Shown here one piece after another: positions 24,770 to 38,950 of a DNA stretch of 64,000 nt; the first letter of the stretch is position 1; each line of letters starts with the position of its first letter. Origin of the DNA: Octopus vulgaris (taxonomy: Eukaryota); contig OX597814.1 of the NCBI GenBank assembly GCA_951406725.2, positions 81,530,001-81,594,000 on the forward strand, read 5' to 3'. Both the position numbers and the translations under genes were made by a program. Under the pieces are notes generated by a model. It made no database searches, was not told where the DNA came from, and worked only from the letters and a program-made list of their open reading frames with translations.

Positions 24770-25310
24770 CAAAAGGAAGAGTATGATCATGTACAACGGA
24801 TGAATGAGGAGAGCTGTGTGAAGAAGTGCTACTCCCAAACATTTGACAGAATCTAGGGTAGAGGTAGACCCAGAAAGACATGCGATGAGGTGGTGAAGCA
24901 TGACCTTCGAATGTTGGGCCTCACAGAGGCAATGACGAAAGACCGAGACATTGGATTGTAGGGTGACATGCTGTGCTTGAGGAGACCTATTGAGTCAAGT
25001 GCATCAAAATCAAATGGAAATTGTAGTTGTGATCTCCATGCCAGTGGCACATAAAAGTACTGATGCCAGCTTCTGTGCTGGTGGCATGTAAAAAGCACCA
25101 ACTGATTGTGGGCGTTGCCAGACTCTTCTGCTGGTGACACATAAAAAGCACCCACTACACTCTCGGAATGGTTGGCATTAGGAAGGGCATCCAGCTGTAG
25201 AAACACTGCCAGATCAGACTGGAGCCTGGTGCAGCCTCCTGGTTTCCCAAACCCCAGTCAAACTGTCCACCCCATGCCAGCATGGAAAACGGACGTTAAA
25301 CAATGATGAT
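24770..25310 (+). mobile_element. RTE-clade LINE 3' fragment with (GAT)n tail
   Basis: Coding remnant GRGRPRKTCDEVVKHDLRMLGLTEAMTKDR, with the same 3' UTR as 15793-16660. Shorter tails at about 6001-6180, 7004-7160 (-), 9275-9400 (-), 29920-30085, 46455-46700 (-). Confidence 0.8.
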
Positions 25311-25321
25311 AAATATATACA

Positions 25322-25536
25322 CAGGGTTGGCCAAAAGTCACCTGACAGTAAATCAAAATTCCATAAATACTATCTGTAATTCTATATTACTTGAATGAAA
25401 AAATGTGTCACTCAAGGACTTCAGTTTGAACAAGTTTCATATTTAGATGCTTTTATTAAATTCATTCAGTTGTTAAACATAAAATCTCAGAATTAAATGG
25501 TTTTGATTTACTGTCAGGTGACTTTTGGCCAACACT
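25322..25536. mobile_element. Tc1/mariner-type MITE
   Basis: Long near-perfect TIRs gttggccaaaagtcacctgacagtaaatcaaaa / ttttgatttactgtcaggtgacttttggccaac around an AT-rich spacer. Confidence 0.85.
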
Positions 25537-25571
25537 CTCTCTCTCTCTATTTATATATATATATATATACA

Positions 25572-27167
25572 CAGTGGGGGGAAATAAATATTCGTACACA
25601 TCAAAATTCTTTATTTAATTTCTAATTGAACATAAATGGGATATACCAATACTATATTTGCATACACATGCATAAACTAAAAATATGCAAAAGAAACTAA
25701 TAAATCATAGTAACTAAGGAATTTATATTCAATTATAAATATTTAGGGGTGAAAAAGTATTCATACAGAACATAACTGATAATTCTGATTTGATACTTCG
25801 TAGCATAACCATTATTCAGTTCCACTTCAACCAATCTCTTCTTGTAGTTCTTAATCAATGACTTGCATGTTTCTTTAGGAATTTTTTCCCATTCTTCTTG
25901 ACAAATTTTCTTCAAATCTGCAATGCATGTTGGAACTCTTGAATGAATTTTAATTTTCAAATAATGCCACAAATTTTCAATGTGAGTGGCTTGGCCATTC
26001 AGGTGAGTGGCTTGGCCATTCTAATAATTTTATATTGTGATCGACAATCCATTTTTTGGTAGACTTTGCCGTGTGCTTAGGATCGTTATCCTGTTGTAAA
26101 ACCCACCCTTCACAAAGCTAAGCTTTTCTACAGTGTCCATAAATCATTGTTCAAAATATTTTGGTACATCTCTGCATTCATTCTACCATCTATCACATGT
26201 AAATTGCCAGTAACATTTGCAGAGAAACACCCCCACACCATGATGTTGCCACCTCCAAACTTTACGGTAGGAATTGTGTTTTTCGGCGAATAGGCAATAC
26301 CATCTTTCCTCCAAACATGGCTACACGAATTTCATCCAAACAATTCAATTTTCAACTTGTCTGTCCATAGAACATTTTCCCAGAATGTATCAGATTTATC
26401 TTTATGTTCATAAACAAACTTTAAACGGGCATCTCTATGCCTTTTAGTCAACAGCAGAGTTTTTCTAGGAGAGTGTGATTTCAGTTCATTGCTGATTGTT
26501 CATAGTGTAACACTAGTCCCTGAAGCTAACAAATCTTCTTGCAACTCCTTTCTTGTGATCATTGCGTTTTTTCTGATTCTATGCTTCATTTTTCTTAAAG
26601 ATCTAGGGGAAATCTTGTGTAGTGCACCGGATCTTATTCTGTTTTCAACAGTTCCCGATTTTTTTATGTCTTTGAATAAATGAAGATATGGTAGAAAATG
26701 GAATACAAAGGGTCTCTGATATTTTCCCGTAACTTTTACCTGCTTTCCACACTTCAATAATTAATTTTTTCACTGAATTTGTGAGTTCTTTACTTTTCGC
26801 CATTATTACGATACTACTTTATGTTGTCTCAATGCTGAATGAAGAAGCTAGTGTTTTGACACTTAAAAATGACAACTGATAAGATTATTGGAACAAATGA
26901 GAAAGTTCTAGTAAAAAACAAATTATTTTAGCAGTATTTTGTGGCATAGAAAATCATAAATTTATTCTGTACAAATATTTTTTTCACCCCTAAATATTTA
27001 TAATTGAATATAAATTCATTAGTTACTATAATTTATTAGTTTCTTTTGCATATTCTTAGTTTATGCATGTGTATGCAAATATAGTATTGGTATATCCCAT
27101 TTATGTTCATTAGAAATTAAATAAAGAATTTTGATGTGTACGAATATTTATTCCCCCCCCCCCACTG
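25572..27167 (-). mobile_element. Tc1-family (DD34E) transposon with about 200-bp IR/DR-type terminal repeats and disrupted transposase (about 26803-25791)
   Basis: CAGTG...CACTG termini and long near-identical inverted repeats with outer and inner direct repeats. Minus-strand motifs [52 protein letters not shown]. Confidence 0.93.
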
Positions 27168-27399
27168 TATATAGATATATATATATATATATATATATAT
27201 GTATAATGTGTGTATATATATATATATATATATGCACATCAATTTCTTTCTATATAAAATCTTAAGTGGTTAATATATATTATGTGTAATTTTTATGCAT
27301 ATTTTGTTTAGGTGGGTATATGTACTTGTTTTCTACTTCCTACAAACACAAAAGAAAATCTATTTTAGAAAATATAATTAAAAATATTTTTACACTTTA

Positions 27400-28692
27400 C
27401 GAGGGGCGTTCAATAAGTAATGCCCCTGACCCACTTCCCATAGCAGTAGAGCAACGAAACTTGGCACAGTTATTAGTCTTTTTCTACATAGGAACCACCC
27501 AGTGTTACGCATTTCTCCCATTGTTTGATGCAGCTCTGGAGACCGTTTTTGTAGAAGACCCCAGCTTGGTCCTCCAACCTGAACGTGACTTCAGAAATCA
27601 AGGCTGCATCATCTGGGAAACGCTTTCCTTTCAAAAACAACTTCATGACTGGGAAGAGGTGAAAATCAGAGGGTGCAAGGTCAGGAAAGTAGGGGGATGG
27701 GGGAGGAGTTCATAGCCATACGCCTGTGCTTCTGATCTGGCGACAAGCGAGTTGTGGACCGGAGCGTTGTCCTGCAGGAGGAGGATGTCTTTGCTGATCT
27801 TGCCCCGCCTCTTGATTTTGATAGCTTCTCTTAATTTCCTCAAAAGTGAAGCATAATAGGCTCCTGCAATTGTGGTACCCTTTGCCAGGAAATCTGTCAT
27901 CACTACTCTGTCCTGGTCCCAGAAGACTGTGAGCATGACCTTGCCAGCGGAGGGCTGCACCCTTGCCTTCTTTGGAGGGGGTGAGTCACGGTGCTTCTAC
28001 TGCATTGACTGGGCTTTGGTCTCTGGATCATCGTGATGGATCCAGGTTTCATCCTGTGTAATCAGTCTTTTGAAAAATTTTGACTCATCTTCTTGGCACA
28101 TCTCCAAATTCACCCTCGAGCACTCGACGCGTTCTTGCTTCTGGAAAGGCGTGAGCAACCTGGGAATCCATCTGGCAGACACCTTTTGCATATGCAAATG
28201 GTCATGAATGATAGTTTCCACAGACACGGTACTAATCTTGACCTCATGGGCTATTTGGCGAATAATTATGTGTCAATCTTCCAAAATGGCAGCCTCAACT
28301 TGACGGACAGATGCCTCATCAATGGCAGAAGTGGGGGCGACCAGATCTGGGAGCTGTTTCCACAGAGTTCCGACCATGTTTGAATTCACGATGCCAGCGT
28401 TTTACAAGTTCATATGATAGGGCATCATCACCATAAGTTACTTTCATTTCATCAAAAGTCTCCCGTGGTGTGCGTCCTTTCAAATACAAAAACCGGATCA
28501 CTGCTCGACACTCAACAGGCTCCATTTCACACTTGACTCGGTTCAAACACCTGTAAATCAGAAACCACAATTAATTCAGAGCTGTAATTTGCCACTTACT
28601 CTATAGAGATATAAATGATTGCACATGCAAAATTTCAGCTAGATCAAACAACTGCAAGTGAGTCAGAGGCATTACTTATTGAACGTCCCTCG
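27400..28692 (-). mobile_element. Near full-length mariner (DD34D, irritans-like WxPRLL), transposase pseudogene from ATG 28525
   Basis: TA-flanked TIRs cgaggggcgttcaataagtaatgcc / ggcattacttattgaacgtccctcg. Motifs PRSGRP, WIPRLLT, ITQDETW, LLQDNAPVH, PHPP, with frameshifts and one stop at 27997. Confidence 0.95.
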
Positions 28693-28977
28693 TATCTCTG
28701 AGGTTCTGTAATAGTCAAACCCCAGGCCTCCCTACCCATCTCTTTTTAAAATTCCCTTTTCTTTTCTCCATCAACATCATTCCTGCATATGTGGATGCTG
28801 AATGGCTATCCTATCAGTCATACCTGTTTCAGAGAGCATGCTGCAAGCTCTCATCAGCACTGATCATATCTGATGCCTAAACTATAAAAATAAACATGCT
28901 TAGGAGGGATCCTCTACAAGGTCACTCAACATGCTAAAAATTGCAGCCAAATATCCTACAAACAACACCCTACCATG

Positions 28978-29070
28978 TCTATAGAGATATAAATGATTGC
29001 ACATGCAAAATTTCAGCTAGATCCAACAACTGCAAGTGGGTCAGAGGCATTACTTATTGAACGTCCCTCG
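28978..29070 (-). repeat. Duplicate copy of the mariner terminal 93 bp
   Basis: Near-identical to 28600-28692, including the TIR and following TA. Confidence 0.9.
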
Positions 29071-31829
29071 TAGTTTTTACTGCACCAGGAAGCTTCAATT
29101 AACGCTTCTAAGTTTTAAACAGACATATCGTTTACCTTCTTCATATACTGGGTATACATTATCTAAATCAGGACAAAGTATCTACATTCGATCTGCTAGA
29201 AATACCAACCACATCTACCTCATATTACACACTCTACCTTCTTAAAATATAGACACATTGTCACAGCTAGAACATCTTTAACCATAGGTCTCTCAATCAA
29301 GGCTGATGTGGGCTAAACAATATGAGGAATAATTGAGTTCTTATTATGATATGCATGGGGCATTTTGTTGGATTCTTTTTTTATATTGGAATAAGTTAAA
29401 TGTATTTGATCATATATCAGATTTAGAAAGGCTTAATATTTTTAGGTTCGATATAAAAACCTCCACTTATATTTTCTTTGGTCTACTTATGGGTTAAGGG
29501 TATCTTTGCCAGCATTCATTCATGTTAGATGTCCTTAATAGTGCAATGACATCTCCAAAAGTGCCTTTGGTGTCCTATCAGTCAAGAAATTCTCAGATGT
29601 TATTGTTGCCAATACAATAAAAACACAATAACTCATTCTCTGGTCACTGTATACCAAATATATTCATTACTTTACTATCACTCTGTGATACTTTACTAAC
29701 ATTGTGGTCAAGAGCATCATTACTTACAGGTTTCCAACAGGTCACTCTCTGGTTCACTGTATTTCCAAATAACACACATCTGTAAATCAGGCAAAATCTA
29801 CTAAATTGGACTCAAATGACTGAGATAATCTGGTACCTTGCTGTACTCAAGAAGACCCATTCTTCGCAATAGAATTGTTAATGCTGCTTCCTCTGCTGAA
29901 GAGGAATGGCCTGCAAGCACCCATGCTAGCACCATGTAAAAAAAAGCATCCAGTACACTCTGTCAAGTGGTTGGCATTAGGAAGGGCTTCCAGCTGTAGA
30001 AGCCAAGCCAAATCAGACAGGAACCTGGCACAGCTTTCCTGCTTGCCAGCTCTGATCAAACTGTGCAACCCATGCCAGCATGACATGTCATCTAGATCCC
30101 GAGATAATTTTAACAAATCAAAAATTTATGTTGTATGGTATTTATTATACCTGTATTTTTCTGTCGTTCAAATACCTGCCACTGGCCATTCTGAGTCATT
30201 TCTCTTAACTCATTTCTGTTTAAATAATGAAGTTTAAACTATTCTGTACTTGATAACTGATCAACAATCTTGTCAAGATAAATATAGTAGTTAAAAAAAT
30301 TTGCTCTCTAAAATTAACATTCAAATTAAATATTTTAATCTGAAAAAAGAAAAAGAAAAATAGGCTACATGTTAAATTTTAGAATTTAAACTTTATTACA
30401 AAGACAACCAGAAGTTCAGAGATCATTTGTTTATTATGAAACAATTTGTATTTGTAAGAGTTTAATAAAGATTTAATAAATAAAGAAAATTTACTGTAAT
30501 ATTAGACATCATAGGCTCCAAATTTGTTTTTATTACTGATACATAACCTGTTATCTCTTAAAAGACATGCCATGAAATGTGTAAAAATAAAGGTCCAATG
30601 TCTTGGTTTACAAGGACTGTTATGAAAAATTGCTAATATCATCTCAACTGTAGTTCATCTATTTAATGGTGAAATAAGATTGGATAGCTGATTATAGCAG
30701 ATTGTAGTATATCTATGATGTCATACTATAATTATAACATGTCCTAACTACTTCATATTTAAAATAAAATATGTTCATTATGGTCAATACAAATGAATCT
30801 CAAAAAGGAGTGACACACTGCACATACTTAAAATGAGTACATAAGCAAAATAATGGACATTGGTTGTAATATAAAACTCCATTGTATATAACACAAAGTT
30901 ATATTTGCTATTAGTGGGGGAAAAAGCATCAAGAAATCTATTATTAATATCACATGCCCCATAAAAGAGCTTATTTGTACTCATACATGCACACAACCCA
31001 TGCATACATACACAAACTTGAACATTAAAGCACACTGAAAATGATTTGTCATGAATAGCTTGTATGGGCTTACTAGTAGTGAGCTAAGTAAGCATTGATG
31101 TTTGATGCAGAGTGCCTATTGTTTGTTTGAGCAAAATCACTGCATGTCGGTTATGCATGTGTAATTATTCCAGGAATGTTAGTTAATACTGGGTCATCAA
31201 TTCAAGATTCCCAACAAGTTCATTTCTGCAGCAGATGTTTCGTTGTCTATGATCTGGACATTTCATTCTACCTGTTACAGTCCATCGATCTGTCAAGTAT
31301 AGGTACTGGAACTGCTGAGAATGTAACTTGAGTTATATTGGTGTCCTACTTATGATAGGATAAATATTTGTCTTTCATGTTTTTAACTTCTACAACCACC
31401 AGTATTAAGTACCACCATTACATTTTACATGCATACTAATATCTGCGAATGTTTTAGTATTTGTGTGTATATTTGTTTATTTGTACAAAGTGTTCTATAG
31501 GTGCTGGGTAGTTTATCTTAATTTTAACTTTTCCTATGGACCACAATCATTATGACCCTTTGTTGAATGTTGTATTTTTTTTATATCATTATCATTACAA
31601 TTATTGTCTCCACATAGCTATAAGGCATTTCACTTTGCACCACAAGTCTTAAGTTACCATCTGCCCTTTAGTTGCAGAACCAGGATTTCAAAGTACTGAT
31701 TGGTAAAATCAGCATCTTAACCTATTTGGGATTATATATATTCTTGTGAGTTCCTCCTCTCACCACCTTCTATCCTGCTGTTCAGCAACAGAGACTGGTC
31801 AGAGAGACAAGTCTGCCACTTTCAATGCA

Positions 31830-34050
31830 GACAACTTTAGCCTTGTCAGTCACCACCATAGCAGTTGCTCTCACAGACATGACTGAGGTAGAAGCAAGAC
31901 CAAGATAAAGAAAAAAAACTTGTGGCTATGCTGTTAATTTAACTATAAGTCAGTCAATTTTCCCAGCACCAAGCAACTTTCTCACCAATGCCTAGTGGTA
32001 GCCATTCAGTCTGAACAAGAGAAGAATAGGAGAGTTCTGAAATTTCACAAACTACACCAATAGAAACCCCTAAAACAACAGTACCACACAAATCCACCAA
32101 AACATAAACATGTACGGCTTTCCTATGACTCCAAGACATCATGCAACAAAGTTGAGACAAACCAGTTGTAAAGGGTTTATTGTTAAGGCCACCTCAATCT
32201 TGAAACAAGAAGGGTTAACAAGGGAGCAGAAAGACCATCAAACAGTTACACAACCACACCATCTTGACAAAAATAGACGCAAAAACCAAAGCCTCAACAA
32301 CTTCACTGTTGTTAAGAGAAACAATAGTGAGTTGGTGGAGGGCCTATCACAACACAAAAATAAAAACAAACAAAATGGTTTTGAGGAATTTATCCCCAAA
32401 ACCTTCAAATACAGACAATGGGTGAAGGTGTCATACCTACAAGTTTATAAAAGATAAATTCTCATGACATTGAGATTTTTTTTTACAAAACTTCAAAGAT
32501 AAAATTTTCAGAAGTCTTCCAAGAATCCCTTTTTTCATAAAACCAGATTATACATCCCTAGATTTTCTTTCTTACATTCTTTTCTCTAACATAGCCATAC
32601 TCGTAATGTATATATGTAGGTGGCCTGGAGACAGCCCGGAAGCAAGGTCACTAGACGTAGATGTGATAGCCATCGGCAAGATCAGAATTTCCAGGACTGA
32701 TGCACTTGCACCCCTCTCTGACAAGATGCACCCATCTTATGGTTAGCTAGAATTGGTTGATGGAATGGCAGCATTTCAGATAGACTTGAATTTCAAGATA
32801 CAATCTTCTTAGAAACCAGACAGTAAGTCAGTGCTATTGGATGTTAGCAGCAATGAAGGTGATACTGTCAGAGTACCTATATAGTGTGTAATGTCAAAAC
32901 AGCGTAATGTTACCACAATTTCAACTAATCAACTACACAGAACATAAATGCGTGATCCGCATAGTTGACCTAGATAAAACAGATATCCATTTACTCATAG
33001 CTGAACACTGTTTCCAGCAAACAAAACCTACAGCCACCAGCTAAGTAACTCAGGCATTTGTCAATAGAGTAATCATCAACAATTGGTGGCAGAGCACTTC
33101 ATTAGAGTTAATAACATTTAGCAATGAAGTAGCAAAAGAAAGAACTAGATTAAAGTAGAAGCTACAAAACAAATTAGAAGTAATAAAGAAAATCAGGAGC
33201 CATTCTCTCTGCCAGCAGTGTCTAATTTTTCAACAAGAAACACAAAAGTCACATTTCAGTCTTTGGCAGACTAGGACAGGCGTGTATTAATTTCAAACAG
33301 ATGTGTGCGATTCTTTGAGCAACTGTTCAGAGTGAGTGATGGACTGGAGATGGTAGTAGACATTAGTGCATAATTTAACAGCTTCCCACAGCTTTGGAAG
33401 ATGGTGCAAATGTTGCAAAAAGCTGATAACAGTAGCCGAGATGCATCTAGTGATAAGTGGTTGTGTAAGGGACAAGTTACCTGATTTAGATGGTCTGTTC
33501 TACAGGTCTTACATATATACATCCCATTTGGATTACCAATGTCTACTATAACTGGCAAAAGAACAGGGGAATGACAAGCTCTGTGACCTGAGGAGTCGCA
33601 ACACTGCTAAGGAAGGATGTGAACAAGAGAAGTAATTCATTTCTGGTTCATTTCTCTGAAACACAAAGTTTATGATTTTCGCCAGTACTAGCAATGAGTT
33701 TGGCCCTTGTTGGCAGAAAGGTAATCAGGAAAATGAAGAACTGCTTGAACTTGGACAGATCCATCCATGACCTTTATCTCATGCAACAACATTCAGAAAT
33801 CCTTGATCAGGAAGAGCTACTAGAAGACATTACCAATTTGAGATACACATGACAGGCATAGAAGCTAGGTCAGTCTGAGATGTATGCACTGCTGACAGTG
33901 CATACCCACATTGATGTTTCCAAGGTCTACAAGATGAGAGTAAAGACTGAGGTTGTGACCACAAGTAAATATTTTTTGCTAGTGGGCCTGCTCTCAGTAT
34001 GCAGCAGTGGAACAAAGCTGGATAGCCAGGAAAGAACTCCACACCTGTGA
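31830..34050 (+). mobile_element. Heavily decayed L1/Tx1-like LINE remnant
   Basis: LDVDVIAIGKIRI (about 32652, AP-endonuclease-like DVIAxxET region) and DKLPDLDGLFY (about 33470, pre-RT K(S/A)PGxDG-like motif), with many stops. Confidence 0.55.
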
Positions 34051-35540
34051 AGTTCAAGTGGAATTCAGTTTTCCCTCCTATGTTGCAGACATATTCTTTA
34101 TCTCTGGTTCACCACTCTTATTTGATGGAAAACTCCCACAATTTTATATCCTGTTCTTGAGCTGTCCTCAACACCTCAGGCTCTTGCAACTATTAAATAG
34201 TTATTCTAAAAGTTATTTTATTGTAAAGAATGTATACTATTGAAGCATATCAGGAATCAGGACACTGAACAATTAGTTGATGTAGCAGTTTTAGAATTGG
34301 CAATTTAGCAATTCCTTTTTGCATAAATTAAATTGCTGATAATTTTAATGAAGCATCCTCTGCTCTCTCAACAAAAGATAGAGCAACAGCTCTTTTCCAC
34401 TTTTCATCCTTTGTAACAGAACCTGAAGAGTTGCAGCTTTTCTGCTCAAAGCTTTCATAGTACATCTTTCTAATCCTGAGCATGTACAGCAGCTTTTTAC
34501 TTGTTCCATTTATAAGGTTAAGACACTGATAAGACTATCCCTGCCAAGTGCCATTTTTTCCTCCTATCAGTACACTTCAACATCAAACCTCCTAATACCT
34601 TAAGATCTGGACAAACTATCATGGCTGAAGGGATACATATTGCTAGATTCCATTCAATCACCTCTACCATCAATTTTTTTTTCATGAAGGTTTGAGCAAA
34701 TTATGATAAAAATGAATGGATGATCAAACTGCATTGAGCATCACTGGACATAGTCCAAAACATACCAGTCTAATAAATCTCATTCTTCATAATTACTTCA
34801 TATGCCAAAGAAAATATATTCAAAAAGCTAAAAACTTCTATATTTAAGATTTTGTTAATAATTCATTAGTGAGTTAGAGGCACCAGTGAAATTAATATTT
34901 TCTGACATAGGCACAATATTTTAACAATTATCTAATTCATAAGGACTTGTCACATTTTAAAAGCGGTGCATAGTCAATTGAATTTACCAAGTAAACACCT
35001 GGTATATTATTTTATCAATCTTGGAGGGATGAATGCTGTAAGAGACCAGTGATATTTTAAGCTTAAAATGGGAGTGGAGAAAACAAAACTAAGGCATTCA
35101 GTCTGAGGTTCAATCATTTCTGCCAATATTAATAAACAATTTTTGCAAATATTTTTATCCAAATTCAACCTATGAAGTGCAAGTTGTGTTTCGATGAATA
35201 CATTAGTGTTCCATCAAGACATCTATATTATTTCTTCCATGATTGTGAAAGAATGAATGTAAGAAACAGGCTAGTTTTCTATTATCCTAGTCATTTTTTG
35301 TATCTTGCAGTTTAACATATCAAAAGAGGTTTCCCTTTCAAATTTCAAAGAAGTTAAAAATTATTGCAATTAATATGATTATCATCAAAATAATTATTAC
35401 TTATTTCTGCAACTAAATTTGTTTACACTACAGTAACCCCAAGGTTTTTTTCCCCCAATCATTGTAAATTTCACAGCCAAGCAATATTTCATCACATCAA
35501 GGAATAGAATGATTATATATGTTATATAGTATGTGTATGA

Positions 35541-35579
<39 letters not shown>

Positions 35580-36479
35580 GTACAGTAATTACAGTAAAAA
35601 ATAAATGTTTTTAAAGCAATAACAAGATGAATAATGGAAAGATGGAGCATCAGCAGTTGGAAAAGTTTTCATTTGTAGAAATTAAACATTTTGTCAATGC
35701 AAAAACAGATTCACAAGCAATACTTCGGTGTAACAAAGTAAGCACTATGATAGTTAATGATATTTTGCTTTATTCCACACTTCAGGTCATTAATAGACAA
35801 CAATCACCTCATACCCAAAGCTTTCTTCTGCACAATAGCTTACTCAAACTTGTTGCTAACTAAAAATCATAGATACTTACTCTATTTATGGAAGTATTTC
35901 ATATGACAAACACTCCCAGATCCACACATTCATTTTTTTTTTTACTTTTTTTTACTTTTGCAAAAATCATTGTTTTTATCTCATATAAAACAAGCACACA
36001 CACATACACATTTGAAAATGTAATCTTTTTAAGCCCGCCCCCCTTTCACTGCCCTCTTAATTTGATTGAGCTGAATAATGATCAGTCACAAAAAAAAAAT
36101 TCAAGAAGTCATACACTCTATGATAAAAAGCTTCTCTGCATTTTATCAAACTAAGCCAGATACTGGCCAGCATTAAATCAGATTTTTTAAAAAAAAGATG
36201 TATATATGTATGCACATATGTCTGTAGATAGAGTATTTGTGCATATGTTTTAAAAGGAAATACTCAATAATCATTATTCATAAGCTTTTTGTTGAAAAAA
36301 AGTTCATTCCCTTCATACTGTTCCATGCAAACTTTCAGGCATGGATTATTGTGCCAACTAAGCAACAAAGAAGGCAATTCAGAATCGGATTTGTTGTACA
36401 TGCTTGCACAGTCTACAAATGTGAATAACATCCATGTTCTAGAGCAATGTATGGCTTGTCCCCCAGACAATAATATGTA

Positions 36480-36626
<147 letters not shown>

Positions 36627-37177
36627 TCAGTGAGAGGAAAGCAATAAAGCAACAGTAATCAACATCATCATGGTTTCAATTGCTACAACTTCAAAAACAA
36701 CTTCAGGGTGACAGTTTATAATGAGGGGGTTTGAAGTGAGACAAACATGGAGATCAGAACGAGGGTAAAATAGTTTTTTTTTAAATTATTAATTGCTGCC
36801 AAATGTAACTGTGCTTGTGCAGTAGATTTGAAAATTCTAATTTGTAAGTATGTAGCACGTGTATTTTCGGTGCTATTTGCAGCATAAATATGCATTAATT
36901 TTAGTGCCCTCACTGAAAAAGTACAGATGGCAAACTCGAGTCTGAGGGTAACTACAAAAATATTTTTTTTATTTTCATTCCCTTTGAAATTGCTCTTATT
37001 CATGGTTTGGGCTTTAACTGCCCTTTCTAGCATGTAAGGTGTCCTGTTAAAGGTCACCTCTTTTGTGAATAAATATGTAAATTGTTTGTACACTATTATT
37101 CATGAAAATATGTTGTCTATTGACTTTATTACACATGCTAGCCACAAGTATGAAAATTTTTCTAAATTTTCTACCCT

Positions 37178-37228
<51 letters not shown>

Positions 37229-38166
37229 TATACAAGGCAAATGTATTTGAATTGGTTCTTTTAATATCTCATTCTGCAGCAGGTGAAAATTACTAAATAA
37301 AATATTAGCCCCTTTTGACTAGGCACAAAAGCTTTGTCAAAGGAAGAAAATATTTTATATATTCCAAGAACCAAACCATACAACATTCTTAGCTTGCTAA
37401 GAACTTACATCATCTATAGAAGTTACTACATCAAATAAGGATAACTGCTGAGTCTCCAAGAACAGGTCAAATGTAAATCATGTTGATTCTATCCACTTAG
37501 CACTAGGTCAACCATTAATATGTGACCTTTTGATCAAAAAGTATTCTAGATAGTGGAATGAAATCTAAGGAAAATGTAGCTGCTTTATCAAGTAGGTTTA
37601 GCATTCATGCAGAAGTTCTTTAGACAGGATGCAAGATTTTATTTAACAGAAAATAATCTAGTCAACTGTACAAGGCAAAATTGACTCCTGAGGGCCTGAA
37701 CTCAGAACATCAAAAGGGACAAAACTAAACACAGTTGAGCAATTGATCAAAGATCAATTTATTCCTCTAATTCATACTCTCACATAGAAACGATACAAGA
37801 GTAGGAGTATAAAATGTAATGTTAACATGACTAAAGAGAAAACAAACCCTCGCCCATGTATACATGTTAGAAAAAGAGCCAATTTCTTGAACATTTGTGA
37901 TCATATATCAACTAATAATCAGTCTGTTGACTAATTGCCAGATAATGTGGTATCTAGTCCTAACAGCTAAGTGAACCAAAGTAATGTAGCATAAAATGTT
38001 AGTTAATAAAACACAATGAATCACTTGCATTTGATTTAAACATTAGACTTAAAATAAGCAACTATTCCAATGTCTTAAACCATACCATCTCAATTTTTAA
38101 CAGAAACAATTCAAATGTGAAAAAAGGAAGGAAAGGTGAACACAATAAATAATTAAAACATCTCAC

Positions 38167-38339
38167 CTAGACTGAGGAAGCATTCTACCCACAAATAAGA
38201 AAATTGCCTTTTCAGAGGGCAACTGGATCTTTTTGCGGAGCATCCACATGAATTGAGCAACAGTAAGGTCACTGGGTACCAGAAACTTCTTTTTCTCCAG
38301 TGCCTGGATATGTGAGCGAGGCAATTTTTCGACAATAAT
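38167..38339 (-). CDS. GABARAPL2: GABARAPL2-like ATG8 exon 3 (IIVEKLPRSHIQALEKKKFLVPSDLTVAQFMWMLRKKIQLPSEKAIFLFVGRMLPQS)
   Basis: ttcctag|...AG|gtgaga, 173 nt. LVPSD.TVAQFMW..RK.IQLPSEKAIFLFV is diagnostic of GABARAPL2/GATE-16. Confidence 0.96.
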
Positions 38340-38607
38340 CTAGGAAAAGAACAGAGATAAGAACATTTTTTTTTAAAGAACAGAAAAGAAAATTTTAATG
38401 TCTTAATCCAGTGTTTCTCAGTGTACCATGTTGGTGCACTGAAGTACTGCAAGGGGTACCAATGATTATTTAAAAATATAATTTAAAGTCTAGAAAATTA
38501 ATAATGCTTTCGTGTCTTAAAAAACAGGTTATTTGTACTTTTGTATAGTTAATAAATATAGTATAATTCTATATAGTATAATTAAAAAAAAAAAAGCAAC
38601 ATATTTA

Positions 38608-38755
38608 CTTAGCGGTTCGGCAAAAGAGACCGATAGAATAAGTACTGGGCTTACGAAAGAATAAGTCTCGGGGTCGAGTTGCTCGATTAAAGGCGGTGCT
38701 CCAGCATGGCCGCAGTCAAATGACTGAAACAAGTACAAGAGAGAGAGTACAAGAG
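38608..38755 (+). mobile_element. CpG-retaining SINE 3' fragment (related copies about 11235-11450, 43790-43940 (-), 55240-55440)
   Basis: cttagcggttcggcaaaagagaccgatagaataagtact...ggcggtgctccagcatggccgcagtcaaatgactgaaacaagta with a purine tail. Confidence 0.7.
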
Positions 38756-38950
38756 TATATATACTTTTAACTTCAGGAGTTGGCTTCTAAACTTTCCACG
38801 TGAAAAGCAGCAGTAACATTTTATTTTATTTATTTTGATCTTCAGTGTGTCATGATGTCAAAAAGACTAAAAACCATTTTATTTAAATTAAATGCCACAG
38901 TCATCAACAAATTGAAGCTTTCAACAACATTCTCCATGGAACTTGTAAAT

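Noticed and set aside
25982-26021. Tandem duplication in the Tc1 catalytic region suggesting altered DDxE spacing
   Set aside because: On recounting it shifts the frame before IENLW, so it is just an inactivating lesion.
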